Source: Clostridiales bacterium
GTDB lineage: Bacteria; Bacillota; Clostridia; Christensenellales; CAG-314
NCBI GenBank assembly: GCA_022508345.1
Contig: JAFLVK010000001.1
Span: 597,841 to 661,840 of the forward strand
DNA: 64,000 bases
Reading direction: 5' to 3'
Below are positions 33,767-44,478 of the stretch, piece by piece. The translations under genes and the position numbers were made by a program. The first letter of the stretch is position 1, and each line of letters opens with the position of its first letter. The notes beneath the pieces are model-generated. The model was not told where the DNA came from. It was given only the letters and a program-made list of their open reading frames with translations, and made no database searches.

Positions 33767-35299
33767 ATGAATTATAGGATGATATTTAGCACCTTGGGCA
33801 GGATTGCGATAGTGCTTTCTGTTCTCTTGGTGATACCGGCAGTGCTTGCGCTGAGCCTGGGTGAATCAAGCTGGTGGGCTATTGCTACCACCGTGGGTAT
33901 TTCCCTAGTTATCGGATTGGTGCTCATGCTGTGTATCAAGCCCAAAGACAAGGTGATTTTCGCCAAAGAGGGCTTGATTATCGTGTCGCTATCTTGGATA
34001 TATGTTTCGGCTATTGGCGCGTTGCCCTTTGTTATCAGCGGTGCAATTCCCAATTACATTGACGCTTTCTTTGAGATGTGCAGCGGCTTTTCCACTACGG
34101 GCGCAACGATACTTACAGGCGATCAAATTGACGCAATGTATCTTGTGGACAAGGGGCTTTTGTTTTGGCGAAGCTTTACCCACTGGATAGGCGGCATGGG
34201 CGTTATCGTATTTTTGATGGCGTTTGAAACGGGTTCGTCGGATAGGGGCATGCATATTCTCCGTGCCGAGATGCCCGGACCCATTGTGGACAAAATCGTA
34301 CCCCGCGCACGCAACACTGCGAAGATACTGTATCTGCTGTACATCGGCTTTACGGTAGCGGAAGCTATCGCGTTAATAATTGTAGGCGCTTGTACCAAAT
34401 TACCCAATGGCGAAATGCTGTCCTGGGGAGAAAATATATTCGATGCCGTTGTGCATGCTTTCGGTACGGCAGGTACGGGCGGTTTTAGCGTAAGGGGCAT
34501 TAGCATTGCCTACTACGGCGCGGCATATCAATGGATAATTACAGTGTTTATGATACTGTTCGGTATCAACTTCAACCTGTACTACCTAATGCTGCTCAGG
34601 AAGTTCCGTCAGGCGTTTGGATCGCGCGAGCTGTGGATATTTATTGCAATAATCGTCGTTTCTGCTACGGCATTGTCGATAAATATTGCAACGGCGGTAA
34701 CTGATTTACCGTTTAGAGATAACGCGCACGATGTAATTCGTCATTCGTTGTTCCAAGTGGCGGCGTTTATCAGCACAACGGGCTACAGTTCTATACCCAA
34801 CGGTTACAACATCAACAATTTCCCGTTGCTCAGCTTGGGCATACTGTTTTTGCTTATGTTTATCGGCGGTTGCGCAGGCTCTACGGGCGGCGGTCTCAAG
34901 GTTTCCCGCGTGGTTATTCTGTGCAAAGCGGTACAAAAGGAGCTTCGCCGTGTTCTTCACCCGCGACATGCCAACGCAGTCAAGTTCGAAGGCAAAATCA
35001 TTGCCGACGAAACGCTACACGGTGTAACAAGCTACTTTGGTTTGTACATGCTGTTACTCGCAGCAACCTTCATTGTGCTTTGCTTTGACGGTGGCACGGG
35101 TTTGAGTGTGGAAACAAACATCACAGCGGCAGTATCCTGTATCAACAACATCGGTCCTGCTTACGGTGTAGCTGCAAGCGGCTACTACATGTACAACTGG
35201 CTGTCCAAGATTGTGATGTCATTTGCTATGCTTATCGGCCGTTTGGAAATCTACCCGATACTACTGATGTTTTCCCCCACAACCTGGATAAAGCGGTAA
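33767..35299 (+). CDS. trkH: Trk/Ktr-type potassium transporter membrane subunit
   Basis: 510 aa, polytopic. Selectivity-filter-like GFSTTGAT, GTAGTGGFS and STGGGLK repeats. Confidence 0.85.
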   Translation: MNYRMIFSTLGRIAIVLSVLLVIPAVLALSLGESSWWAIATTVGISLVIGLVLMLCIKPKDKVIFAKEGLIIVSLSWIYVSAIGALPFVISGAIPNYIDAFFEMCSGFSTTGATILTGDQIDAMYLVDKGLLFWRSFTHWIGGMGVIVFLMAFETGSSDRGMHILRAEMPGPIVDKIVPRARNTAKILYLLYIGFTVAEAIALIIVGACTKLPNGEMLSWGENIFDAVVHAFGTAGTGGFSVRGISIAYYGAAYQWIITVFMILFGINFNLYYLMLLRKFRQAFGSRELWIFIAIIVVSATALSINIATAVTDLPFRDNAHDVIRHSLFQVAAFISTTGYSSIPNGYNINNFPLLSLGILFLLMFIGGCAGSTGGGLKVSRVVILCKAVQKELRRVLHPRHANAVKFEGKIIADETLHGVTSYFGLYMLLLAATFIVLCFDGGTGLSVETNITAAVSCINNIGPAYGVAASGYYMYNWLSKIVMSFAMLIGRLEIYPILLMFSPTTWIKR

Positions 35300-35478
35300 T
35301 TGCTTATTAGTTTCGGAATAATTAGTAATCAGTACACATGAATAGCTCGAACTTACAACAGTTCGGGCTTTTTTTTACGTTTTTTTCAATAAAATATTCA
35401 ATATCAATGAAATAAACTTGACTAAATAACTTGTATAGTAATAAAATAGTAACTAATTTTCATTTTAAGGAGGGTCAC

Positions 35479-37857
35479 ATGAAAAAGTTTGCAATAATAT
35501 TGCTATCAATAGTGTTGATTGCTGCATGTATTACAGTAGTTTCCTGCAAAGAGGATCAGGAAAGTTGCAGTCACAGCTGGGGCGATTGGGTAGAAACCGC
35601 AGCGGCTACTTGTACAGCAGATGGTGAACAAACCCGCACATGTAGCAAGTGCAAAAAGGTAGAAACTCAATCCATTGACGCGTTGAAGCATCAAATTCTG
35701 ACAGAAGACGGTGAACTGTCATCGTGCAGAAATGTTAATATGACTGTCGGTGCTGAATGCTCTAATTGCGGCGAGTTGCTGACGGGAGACGATCTCGTAA
35801 ATGCTGTAGACCACAAATCATTTACAACAATAAAGTCTGTGGCTCCCACCTGTACGGAAACCGGACTTTCTGAAGGTCTCAAATGTTTAAACTGTGGAAC
35901 CGTAATCAATGAACAAGAGGAAGTTGAAGCTTTAGGACATGATGTAGTTGATGCGCCGGCAACAGTGGCTAGCTGTACGGACAATGCCTACACGGCAGGT
36001 ACCGTTTGCTCTCGTTGCGGTACGTATTTCAGTGGTCACGAGTTGGTTGAGGAAGCTTTTGGACACAATTTTATCAGTGGTGATTACTTTACGCTTGTAA
36101 GGTGCGCAAACAACTGCGGAATGTACGGCAGTAAAACCGGTGGCAATCCGTTTGAAACGGAATTTGTCTTCGACTTTGACGAAACAAAGCAAGAAGAAAT
36201 TGACATTCTGTATCATGAACTTCAAACTGCTCTTGACGGAACAAACAGTGAAGTGGATTATAATGAATTTGTGACTCTGTTTGAACAGTTTGATGACGAG
36301 GTTGGCTACATTCAAGCACAGTACCAATTTGCGCGTATTCTGAATGACATAGAGTACAGCGCAGAATCTCGCGCAACGCTAGCAGTAGTAAGCGAATATT
36401 ACAACACGACAATTGCAAGATATTACAAGCTGTTCAAGGATATCGATGGATCTAAATTCAGAGCTCAATTTTGGGCTGATACGGAATGGGATGAAGATTA
36501 CATTAATTATGTTCTCAGTCTTGCAGATAGCTACGATGCTGACAACCGCAATGTAGTAGATGAAATTCTTGACGCGTACGAAGACCTTTTGGCAGCTATA
36601 GGCAACAGGAAGATGACTAACAAGCAACGTCTTCAATTATTTGAGTTGTACAGTAGGCTTGTAGAAGCTAACAACAGCATTGCCCAAACTGCTGAGTACG
36701 ACAACTACATGGAGTATGCTTACGAAAGAGTGTACGAAAGAGATTACTCTCCCGATGAAGTAGTGCATATGCGTGAATTCGTCAAAGAGTACATAGGTCC
36801 CATCGTTGCCGAGGTTGCAAACGCTTACAAGGCTTGGGAAGAAGCTTATAGCGCAAGAGGCGGTTGGACAAATCGAGCAAGTCAGCTGTACTACTCGCAA
36901 TATGTAGGCAATTGGATGTGGGGCAACCCCAACAACTATTTGGATGATGCCGAGCGTTTTGGAATGATTTTCAACAGCCGTCAAAGCATTGCCGACTATT
37001 TCAACTTCCTCAGTGATGGGGATGCTTCCGTTGATTTCTATGGCGCGTTGAATAATCTGTTTGAAAAGGGTAACTTTTTCATGGGTCAAAATACTAACAT
37101 AACAGCTTACACTTGGTATGTATATTCAACAGGTACTCCCATTTTGGTATTTGGTGGCGATTCCAACTATCAGGACACGTTCACATTCATACACGAATTC
37201 GGTCACTATTACCAATTCGTACACAACGATTTGCTCAGTGTTCCCATGGACCACGACGAAACTCAATCACAAGGCAACGAAATGCTGTTCCTTGCTTGGC
37301 TTCGCGAGAATATGCCCGTAGGCGTTGGCGAAGGCTTCGAAATATTGGAGCTGGAACAACTGCTCAATATGCTTGGATCTATTGTAATGTCTACGGCTGT
37401 TGACGAATTTGAGTATCTTGTGTACACGGGCGCTACAACATTGACGGACGGTACAACTCCTGTTCCCATGGTTGACGGTCAAGACCTTATCGACTACGCC
37501 ACACTGTACGAGTTGATTTTGAAAACCTACTGGACAGATATCGGATCATTTTTCAACACAAGTTACTGGATGTACGTAACATTTAGCAATCCTGCTTACT
37601 ACATCTCCTACGCAATGAGCGCTTTGCCCTGCATTGAGCTGTATGCAAAAGCAGGTAATGACGGACTGAATGCTGCAAGAGATAGCTATTTGAAGCTGTT
37701 TACATTCTCTTCAGACGATACGTTTGTTGCAGAAGACAGCTTTGGGGAGCTGTACGTTACAAAAACATATCAGGAAGTTCTCAACTGGGCAGGACTTAGC
37801 GGACCTTTCCAAGAGAATCTGTACCAAAGCATTAAGACGTACTTTGAGAGCAGATAA
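35479..37857 (+). CDS. secreted lipoprotein: four tandem Cys/His modules plus an HEFGH zinc metallopeptidase domain (M3/PepF-like, tentative)
   Basis: 792 aa from the ATG after aaggagg. Lipobox VVSC. HExxH present as FIHEFGHYYQF. Confidence 0.55.
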   Translation: MKKFAIILLSIVLIAACITVVSCKEDQESCSHSWGDWVETAAATCTADGEQTRTCSKCKKVETQSIDALKHQILTEDGELSSCRNVNMTVGAECSNCGELLTGDDLVNAVDHKSFTTIKSVAPTCTETGLSEGLKCLNCGTVINEQEEVEALGHDVVDAPATVASCTDNAYTAGTVCSRCGTYFSGHELVEEAFGHNFISGDYFTLVRCANNCGMYGSKTGGNPFETEFVFDFDETKQEEIDILYHELQTALDGTNSEVDYNEFVTLFEQFDDEVGYIQAQYQFARILNDIEYSAESRATLAVVSEYYNTTIARYYKLFKDIDGSKFRAQFWADTEWDEDYINYVLSLADSYDADNRNVVDEILDAYEDLLAAIGNRKMTNKQRLQLFELYSRLVEANNSIAQTAEYDNYMEYAYERVYERDYSPDEVVHMREFVKEYIGPIVAEVANAYKAWEEAYSARGGWTNRASQLYYSQYVGNWMWGNPNNYLDDAERFGMIFNSRQSIADYFNFLSDGDASVDFYGALNNLFEKGNFFMGQNTNITAYTWYVYSTGTPILVFGGDSNYQDTFTFIHEFGHYYQFVHNDLLSVPMDHDETQSQGNEMLFLAWLRENMPVGVGEGFEILELEQLLNMLGSIVMSTAVDEFEYLVYTGATTLTDGTTPVPMVDGQDLIDYATLYELILKTYWTDIGSFFNTSYWMYVTFSNPAYYISYAMSALPCIELYAKAGNDGLNAARDSYLKLFTFSSDDTFVAEDSFGELYVTKTYQEVLNWAGLSGPFQENLYQSIKTYFESR

Positions 37858-38088
37858 GCTGCACAGTAACAATTAACAACTAAAAAAGCGCAGGCAACTT
37901 GCTTGCGTTTTTTTGTTGCAAGAGAGTATTTCAATCTTTCATTCTCCAAAGAGAAAAATGAAATAGTTGCCTCGTGGGCGAAACGCATATATTAAAGCAA
38001 ACTGAAAGATAGTTCTCATTTTCTCGCAAATATATTGACTATTTTGCAAATTAAGATTAAAATTAATGTGCTAATTTGGAGGCAATAT

Positions 38089-39813
38089 ATGAAAAAATTT
38101 ACTGCAGTTTTAGTGGCATTGGTAATGATACTTACCTGTATTGCAATGGTTGCATGCCAAAGCACGGTACTGGTGTATCTGGAAAACTACGACGGCAAAA
38201 TGACAAAAACGATAGTTTACGACCCTAGTAATCCGTTGCCCATACCTGAACGCGAGGGCTACGTTTTTGGCGGCTGGTACACCGATAGAGACTTAACCAC
38301 GCCCTTCGTCAATGGTACAAAAATGGACAGCAATTTCCATGTGTATGCCAAGTGGACGGCTAAACAACAAGGCGGCGGTCAAGGTGGCGGAAGTGGTAAT
38401 CAGGGCGGTGGCAGTGGCAATCAAGGCGGTGGTAGCTCAACCGGCACACCCTCCAACGTAATGCCAAAACAAACGTACAACAGCAGCACCTTCGACAAGA
38501 GCAACCTGCAACAAAAAACAATGCAATATGACGAGTCGCAGGGCTACGACCCTGCAATTGGGTTGCCCTCGACGGGAAGTTACCATGCGTTGGTGATACC
38601 GGTGGAATTTACTGGCGAATCCTTTACCCAACAGGAACTTGACGACCTGGAAAAGTCCCTCAACGGACCTGCTACAGATACCGGTTGGGAAAGCGTTTCC
38701 ACCTACTACTCCAAGTCATCCTACGGTGCACTCAACCTAACATTTGACGTTCAACCTGCTTATCAAGTGCAGTACAGCGCCACTTACTACGGTAATTACA
38801 GCCAAAAGGACAACGACGGATACTATCACACGGGCGAAGAGCTTATTTTGAAGGAAGCGCTTGGCCATTACGAAACCGTGCTTGACCTAACGAAATACGA
38901 CTCCAATGGCGACGGTTGCATTGACGCTGTGTATCTCATTTATTCCACAGACGTTGACTACGAAAACGGCGACAGCCTATATTGGGCATTTACCACATGG
39001 TACTACGGCGACGAAGAATACGACGGGCTGTATGCATACTACTTCCTGTTTGCAGGAATAGATTTCATATACGAAAGCACGTCGAAAGACGATTTCTCAG
39101 GTGCCGAGAAAATATCCGGTTTGAAAATCAACGCTAGCACGTACATTCACGAAACAGGTCACCTGCTTGGCTTGGACGACTACTACGATTACGACGAGGA
39201 AAGCGGTAGCAACGAAGGACTTGGTGGTGCAGACATGATGGACTACACCGTGGGTGATCAGGGCGTGTACTCTAAAATTATGCTTGGTTGGATTGAGCCC
39301 ACAATTGTAAACGACACAGCAACCGTAACCATCGAAAGCTTGCAAAAGTCAAGTGGTGTAAGGGCGATACTCATTCCGCTAAATTTCAACAACTCTTACT
39401 TCTGCGAATATCTGCTGATTGACCTGTACACGGCGGACGGTTTGAACGGATTGCATGCAGGTGCAACTAACTCGTATCTGTACGAAGGAGCGGAGTTCGG
39501 TGTGAGAATTTATCACGTATCGTCTTCTATCAACAATCCGTACAACGAGAACAGCGCGTACGGTTCCTTTACGGACTACAACAACACAGATACGAATATT
39601 GCGCTTATCAGGCTGGTTGAGGCGGACGGCGAAAGGAAATTTGCCAGCTCAAACGGTTTGGCTGCTAAGTCCGACCTGTGGAAGAAGGGCGACAAGCTTT
39701 CCAGCGTATTCAAAAACTACACGCGCAACGACGGCAAGACACTCTGCTTCGATATTGAAATTGTAAGCGTTTCTGCTGCGTCGGCGACAATCACCGTTAC
39801 CTTTGCGGACTAA
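38089..39813 (+). CDS. secreted lipoprotein: InlB B-repeat (Flg_new-like) + Gly-rich linker + M6 (immune inhibitor A-like) metallopeptidase
   Basis: 574 aa. Lipobox MVAC. GYVFGGWYTDRDLTTPF. GGGSGNQ repeats. HETGHLLGLDDYYD. Confidence 0.6.
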   Translation: MKKFTAVLVALVMILTCIAMVACQSTVLVYLENYDGKMTKTIVYDPSNPLPIPEREGYVFGGWYTDRDLTTPFVNGTKMDSNFHVYAKWTAKQQGGGQGGGSGNQGGGSGNQGGGSSTGTPSNVMPKQTYNSSTFDKSNLQQKTMQYDESQGYDPAIGLPSTGSYHALVIPVEFTGESFTQQELDDLEKSLNGPATDTGWESVSTYYSKSSYGALNLTFDVQPAYQVQYSATYYGNYSQKDNDGYYHTGEELILKEALGHYETVLDLTKYDSNGDGCIDAVYLIYSTDVDYENGDSLYWAFTTWYYGDEEYDGLYAYYFLFAGIDFIYESTSKDDFSGAEKISGLKINASTYIHETGHLLGLDDYYDYDEESGSNEGLGGADMMDYTVGDQGVYSKIMLGWIEPTIVNDTATVTIESLQKSSGVRAILIPLNFNNSYFCEYLLIDLYTADGLNGLHAGATNSYLYEGAEFGVRIYHVSSSINNPYNENSAYGSFTDYNNTDTNIALIRLVEADGERKFASSNGLAAKSDLWKKGDKLSSVFKNYTRNDGKTLCFDIEIVSVSAASATITVTFAD

Positions 39814-40004
39814 CAAATTATTTTAAATAAAGGGCTATCGCCTAGTGCGACAGCCCTTTTTTATGTCGTCGAATGGGAAAACATTGCTTAACAGTGATTT
39901 TTTCCACACGTTGACATGTATGTCTGTAATATGGTATAATATATACGAGAAAATTTACTCTTAAGCAATTTAGTGTAATTTTTATACTTTTTACGGAGGT
40001 ATAT

Positions 40005-43000
40005 ATGACAAAATCAAGAAGACTAATCGGCATTATGCTGTTAGCTTGCTTTGCATTGACTGCTATTATCGCAGTGGGCGTATTCGGTGTGGGAAGTTAC
40101 CGCGCTGTCGCCGCCGAGATGACAAACGTAGACAACTACTACGGCTTGCAGCTCGACACTGCCGAACAAAAGGCATTTTACCAAGCAATGCAACAAATGG
40201 CTAAGCTGGACCCGTCGGGCAGCAGCATATTTATTCGCGGTGAGGACTACGACCTTGTAGCCAACAATCATGTTACGCAGTCGCAGCTTGAAGCGTACGC
40301 CAACGGTGACAATACGCTTCTCGACGCTATGGGTGCGGCTCGTGACGCATTCTACACCGATTACGACGATATTTTCTACGTTGACTTTGAGTATCTGTCT
40401 TTGCGCGTAACGCAGGATACAAGCGGTAATTACCACGCGTGCCTTGGCGCAGGCAGAAGTGACACTTACTGGACGAAAGGCTTTGAAAGTGAAGCGCAAA
40501 TCAGGAGCGCAATTACCGAATATCAAACGGAGCTAAACAAAATTGTCAATCTTGCCAAGGCAGCAGAGGCTACCGATGAACAAAAGGAAGATTACGGCGA
40601 TGAATTTGCAATACAAATTGCGCAAATAAGAAAGGCTCACGCCGAGATTGCAAAGCGTAGCGTGTACAGGCTGGAAAGTAAAGCAAGTGCAGGCAACGAA
40701 AAGCATGTAAGGACCCCCTACGGTACACTTGTAGTAGGCGAAGCACTTTGCGAGGGCTACAGCCGCGCATTCAAGGCAGTAATGGATAAGCTTGACGTTC
40801 CTTGCGTGCTTATCAACGGCGGATACCGTCACACGGAAACCCAAATAGAGGAACACATGTGGACCTACGTTCAACTGCTGGACGGCAAGTGGTACGCAGT
40901 GGACATGACCTTTGACGACATCAACCTTGACGACAAAGTTAATGGCAAGGAAGTGGGCAGATCCCCCGTTGAGCAATTCGACAGGGAAGCTAATGCAAGA
41001 GCAATCAATGAGATGGGCTACTACTACAGCGAGGAATATTTCTTGAAGGGCTCAATGATCATGGACGTTCACCATGCGCTCAGCCCCTACAAGTCGGCAG
41101 TGCAATATGCATTCAGTTATCCCGAGCTTAGTTTCTACAACGTAGGCAGCGAAGAAACAGTTACCGAATACATAAAGGTTGTTCAAGCTCCAAGTGTTGA
41201 AGCATCTAACTCCACCGATATTTACATAAGCGTGCTTATTGACGGCGAGTGGTGCGGACATGAGGCAGCAGCGAAAAAGGGATACTATTTCCTGATTAGA
41301 TACGAGGGTAACTATCTTCCCGAAAAGATTGGTGGCGGAAAGCTTACCGGCGGTGATTTGGTTACAGACGACGAAGAGGGTACGTTTAAGGCAGAGTATT
41401 CCACAGGTTACGTGTGGGCTTATGTGTACAACCCCACCTTCCCCGAGCCTTTGTACGGTAACCTTTACAGTGAGGGCGATTATTCGGTTATCAGAAACGA
41501 AAGCAAAGCTCTTGGCTTTGAAGTTGCAGTAACAACCACTCCCCCGCGCGATTACCACAACACAGGCGACATTGACAAAATTGCCCAAATGACAACATTT
41601 ACGGGTGACCCATCGGTGTTTTACGCTCGTACAGGGTTCCTTCCCGTCAAATACGGCGACCCCAACTATCAACCCGCGCCGCACATTGTAAGGGCAACCC
41701 CCGTTACCACCAGCAGACTGGCCGTTGGCCCCACCTACGAGGTTAAGATTGAGTACGACCAGCTTCTTATGCTGCCGGAAGGTCAGGACTTCCAATACTC
41801 CGTGTACGGTATGCGCCCGGGCGGTGAAATACTGAAGGGTACAAATGCTGTTCCCATTTCCGTAATTACAAACGTGCAATGGTACGGTGGTGAGCTTACA
41901 GACGAAGGGTTTGACAATTCCTACGTAACCTTTACCTTTACTCCCAGCAAGTACTTTGCGCACGACAGCATTTACTATATGTTCGACTTCAACCTGATTG
42001 GCGTAAATTCGGGCAAGCAGGTAAACACCCTCGAATATGCTGCGTCTAATTCGACAGGATACTGTTCACTGGGTGTGCCAGGCTACAACTGGAGAATATT
42101 CGGTCAACCTCAACTTCTTGAGGCAGACGACCTATCCAGAGAGGGCTGGATAGATTCCAACGGCAACACAATCACTAACACTAAGGATAGACTTGCCCTT
42201 GTTGTAACCACTCCCAGCCAACAGCAGAACAAAGAAATGAACAGCTTGATTGAAAATGAGCTTGGTTTTGGTCAGGACGACGTGGACAAGGGTGGATTCG
42301 AAAGCTTTACCTACAACATTCAACTCACCATTTGCAAAGCGTGCGTCATCAAAACGGGCGAAGCGGTGCGTGTTTCCATAGGCTTCCCCGAGGGCTTCAC
42401 TTACGACTCGTGGATGGATGGCGTAACATTCACCATGTATCACTTCATTCATGACGAACAAAACAACATCACGGGTGTTGAGGAAATCCCCATTACCGTA
42501 ACTCCTTTGGGACTTATCATCCAAGTAAACAGCTTTAGCCCCTTTGCTCTTGTTGTAACCAAGGGTGATGCTCAGCAAGATCCGGAAAAGACCGTTGTTA
42601 TCCACAACAGCAATGGCGGAAGTGCCTATGCAACGGAAGAAGACGGAACCCACTCCAAGACGTTTAGCATAAATGAAGGCGAATCGCGCAATGTTACAAT
42701 CAAAGCTAACAGCGGTTACGTTATCCAATCGATCAAAATCAACGGTGTTGTTGAGCCGACCAACTTTGAAAGCACAAAGACACTGACCCTCAGCTACAAA
42801 GATTTGACAGCACAAACCATTATCGAAGTAAACTTTGTTGCGGAATCCGTCAAAGACGCTGATGAAAGTCGCGGACATACATCTGTTGTTCAACAGCTTA
42901 AAAAAGCTTTGATTAGTTTGGCTAAATCGTCAGTTTCCGTAAAAGAGGGCGAACGGATAGAGGTTGCAGCAACCGTAACTGCTTACGGCGAAGCAAATAG

Positions 43001-43319
43001 CTATCAATGGTACAAAGACGGCAAGCCGATACTCGGTCAAACGGGCAAGACACTGCTGATAAAGCATGCACATACATCTGATGCTGGCAATTATACCTTG
43101 GCAGTAACCTCAAAATACGGTTCGTCGGTGGTTGTTGCTAGCAGCAGCGAGCTTGCAGTAAGCGTTGCAGCTGATAACACAGGAGCTTCCGGCGACGGAG
43201 GCGGACTTGGCACAGCTGAACTGATAACATTGATTATCAGCTTGATAGGCGTTTGTGCAATAGGCATATTCATTGCAGTGCTTCTCAACACGCGTTCAAA
43301 GAAAAAGAACACGAAATAG
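40005..43319 (+). CDS. large surface protein with a transglutaminase-like cysteine protease core, Ig-like domain and C-terminal TM anchor
   Basis: 1104 aa. CEGYSRAF...EEHMWTYVQL..WYAVDMTFDD (Cys-His-Asp core). NSYQWYKDGKPI..DAGNYTL (Ig I-set-like). C-terminal hydrophobic span followed by RSKKKNTK. Confidence 0.6.
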   Translation: MTKSRRLIGIMLLACFALTAIIAVGVFGVGSYRAVAAEMTNVDNYYGLQLDTAEQKAFYQAMQQMAKLDPSGSSIFIRGEDYDLVANNHVTQSQLEAYANGDNTLLDAMGAARDAFYTDYDDIFYVDFEYLSLRVTQDTSGNYHACLGAGRSDTYWTKGFESEAQIRSAITEYQTELNKIVNLAKAAEATDEQKEDYGDEFAIQIAQIRKAHAEIAKRSVYRLESKASAGNEKHVRTPYGTLVVGEALCEGYSRAFKAVMDKLDVPCVLINGGYRHTETQIEEHMWTYVQLLDGKWYAVDMTFDDINLDDKVNGKEVGRSPVEQFDREANARAINEMGYYYSEEYFLKGSMIMDVHHALSPYKSAVQYAFSYPELSFYNVGSEETVTEYIKVVQAPSVEASNSTDIYISVLIDGEWCGHEAAAKKGYYFLIRYEGNYLPEKIGGGKLTGGDLVTDDEEGTFKAEYSTGYVWAYVYNPTFPEPLYGNLYSEGDYSVIRNESKALGFEVAVTTTPPRDYHNTGDIDKIAQMTTFTGDPSVFYARTGFLPVKYGDPNYQPAPHIVRATPVTTSRLAVGPTYEVKIEYDQLLMLPEGQDFQYSVYGMRPGGEILKGTNAVPISVITNVQWYGGELTDEGFDNSYVTFTFTPSKYFAHDSIYYMFDFNLIGVNSGKQVNTLEYAASNSTGYCSLGVPGYNWRIFGQPQLLEADDLSREGWIDSNGNTITNTKDRLALVVTTPSQQQNKEMNSLIENELGFGQDDVDKGGFESFTYNIQLTICKACVIKTGEAVRVSIGFPEGFTYDSWMDGVTFTMYHFIHDEQNNITGVEEIPITVTPLGLIIQVNSFSPFALVVTKGDAQQDPEKTVVIHNSNGGSAYATEEDGTHSKTFSINEGESRNVTIKANSGYVIQSIKINGVVEPTNFESTKTLTLSYKDLTAQTIIEVNFVAESVKDADESRGHTSVVQQLKKALISLAKSSVSVKEGERIEVAATVTAYGEANSYQWYKDGKPILGQTGKTLLIKHAHTSDAGNYTLAVTSKYGSSVVVASSSELAVSVAADNTGASGDGGGLGTAELITLIISLIGVCAIGIFIAVLLNTRSKKKNTK

Positions 43320-43419
43320 AGCAACTAACATGACAGCTGAATAAAAGATAACCTCCTGTGGTTGAAAAACTGCAGGAGGTTTATTTATAAACGCGTGAAA
43401 ACAAAATTCCAATAGATAA

Positions 43420-43448
43420 TTGACAAAGACTGCAAAACAATATATAAT
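43420..43448 (+). promoter_or_regulatory. promoter of tRNA-Thr
   Basis: TTGACA, 17-nt spacer, TATAAT. Confidence 0.65.
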
Positions 43449-43460
43449 AAACAAGGTTTT

Positions 43461-43536
43461 GCTACTATGGCTCAGCAGGTAGAGCACGTCCTTGGTAAGG
43501 ACGGGGTCACCGGTTCAAATCCGGTTAGTAGCTCCA
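43461..43536 (+). tRNA. tRNA-Thr (GGU), CCA encoded
   Basis: GCTACTA..GCTC AGCAGGTA GAGC..CGTCC TTGGTAA GGACG..ACCGG TTCAAAT CCGGT TAGTAGC TCCA. Confidence 0.9.
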
Positions 43537-43540
43537 AAAA

Positions 43541-43573
43541 AGGCACTGTCCATATGGCAGTGCCTTTTTTTTT
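43541..43573 (+). terminator. intrinsic terminator
   Basis: Stem aggcactg/cagtgcct followed by T9. Confidence 0.8.
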
Positions 43574-43630
43574 GCTGGTGTTCGTTTAAAACGCTCACTC
43601 GACAAATGCTCCTTGTCGCTGGCTTCTCTT

Positions 43631-44341
43631 TTACAGGTCTTCAAGGCGCTCGATGGAGTCGATTTCGGGGTTTTGAGACATAAATTCAAATAGCTCCGTC
43701 GCCAAGAATTTTATTTTGGGATATATTACCGCTTCGGCAACAGTCCTGTCCTCGTTTTTTGTAAGCTTTACTCGGTGGAACGCATCTACACCGAAGTATT
43801 CCATCAGCTTTTCCTTGCTTTCGTTGGTATAGGTGAACTTGACCATTAGCATGTGTATGTTGTTGCGACGAATGCGCTTGGAGTGCAGTATTGTCTGTAC
43901 CACAAGTATCAACACCAGTACACCCACTGCAACAAGTATCTGTCCCATTGCAATGCACATGCCCAACGCTGCCGTTGCCCATATGCCAGCTGCCGTTGTA
44001 AGTCCGCGCAAGCTTTCTCTGCGGAAGAAAATCATGCCTGCTCCCAAAAAGCCCACTCCGGAAACTACCTGTGCGGCAATTCGCTCACCGTCAACGCCCG
44101 CTGCGGTACCTGCGGCGATAGAAGTGGAAATGCACGTAAACAGTGCCGAAGCGCTGGCTACGATAAAGTGTGTTGCCAAGCCTGCTTCTTTGTGGCGGCG
44201 CTTGCGTTCAAAGCCTACTATCAAGCCGAAGAGCCCGGCAATCAGTACGCGCAGTAACGCAACCAATTCGTCCTCCCAGCTTACACCCACAATGGGGCCG
44301 CTGAACACTTCGGTAAATGTTTTTAAAGCTAATAAATTCAT
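43631..44341 (-). CDS. MgtC/SapB-family membrane protein
   Basis: 236 aa from an internal ATG. GLIVGFERKRRHKEAGLATH signature. Confidence 0.75.
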   Translation of the reverse strand: MNLLALKTFTEVFSGPIVGVSWEDELVALLRVLIAGLFGLIVGFERKRRHKEAGLATHFIVASASALFTCISTSIAAGTAAGVDGERIAAQVVSGVGFLGAGMIFFRRESLRGLTTAAGIWATAALGMCIAMGQILVAVGVLVLILVVQTILHSKRIRRNNIHMLMVKFTYTNESKEKLMEYFGVDAFHRVKLTKNEDRTVAEAVIYPKIKFLATELFEFMSQNPEIDSIERLEDL

Positions 44342-44478
44342 ATTTTGCCTCGCTAGTGAAATAAGTAAATTACAGTTACAGTATTTTAGCACAATTGAAA
44401 ATTTATTTCAAGGGCTAACTGCAAAAAAAGTACGCAGATTTGACCTCTGCGTACTTAAAATATGTCAATTTGCCTGTT

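Noticed and set aside
38380-38440. Tandem ~21-nt G-rich repeats (ggtaatcagggcggtggcagt / ggcaatcaaggcggtggtagc) as a possible CRISPR or VNTR.
   Set aside because: They are in frame inside a CDS and encode a GGGSGNQ linker. There are only 2-3 units and no spacers.
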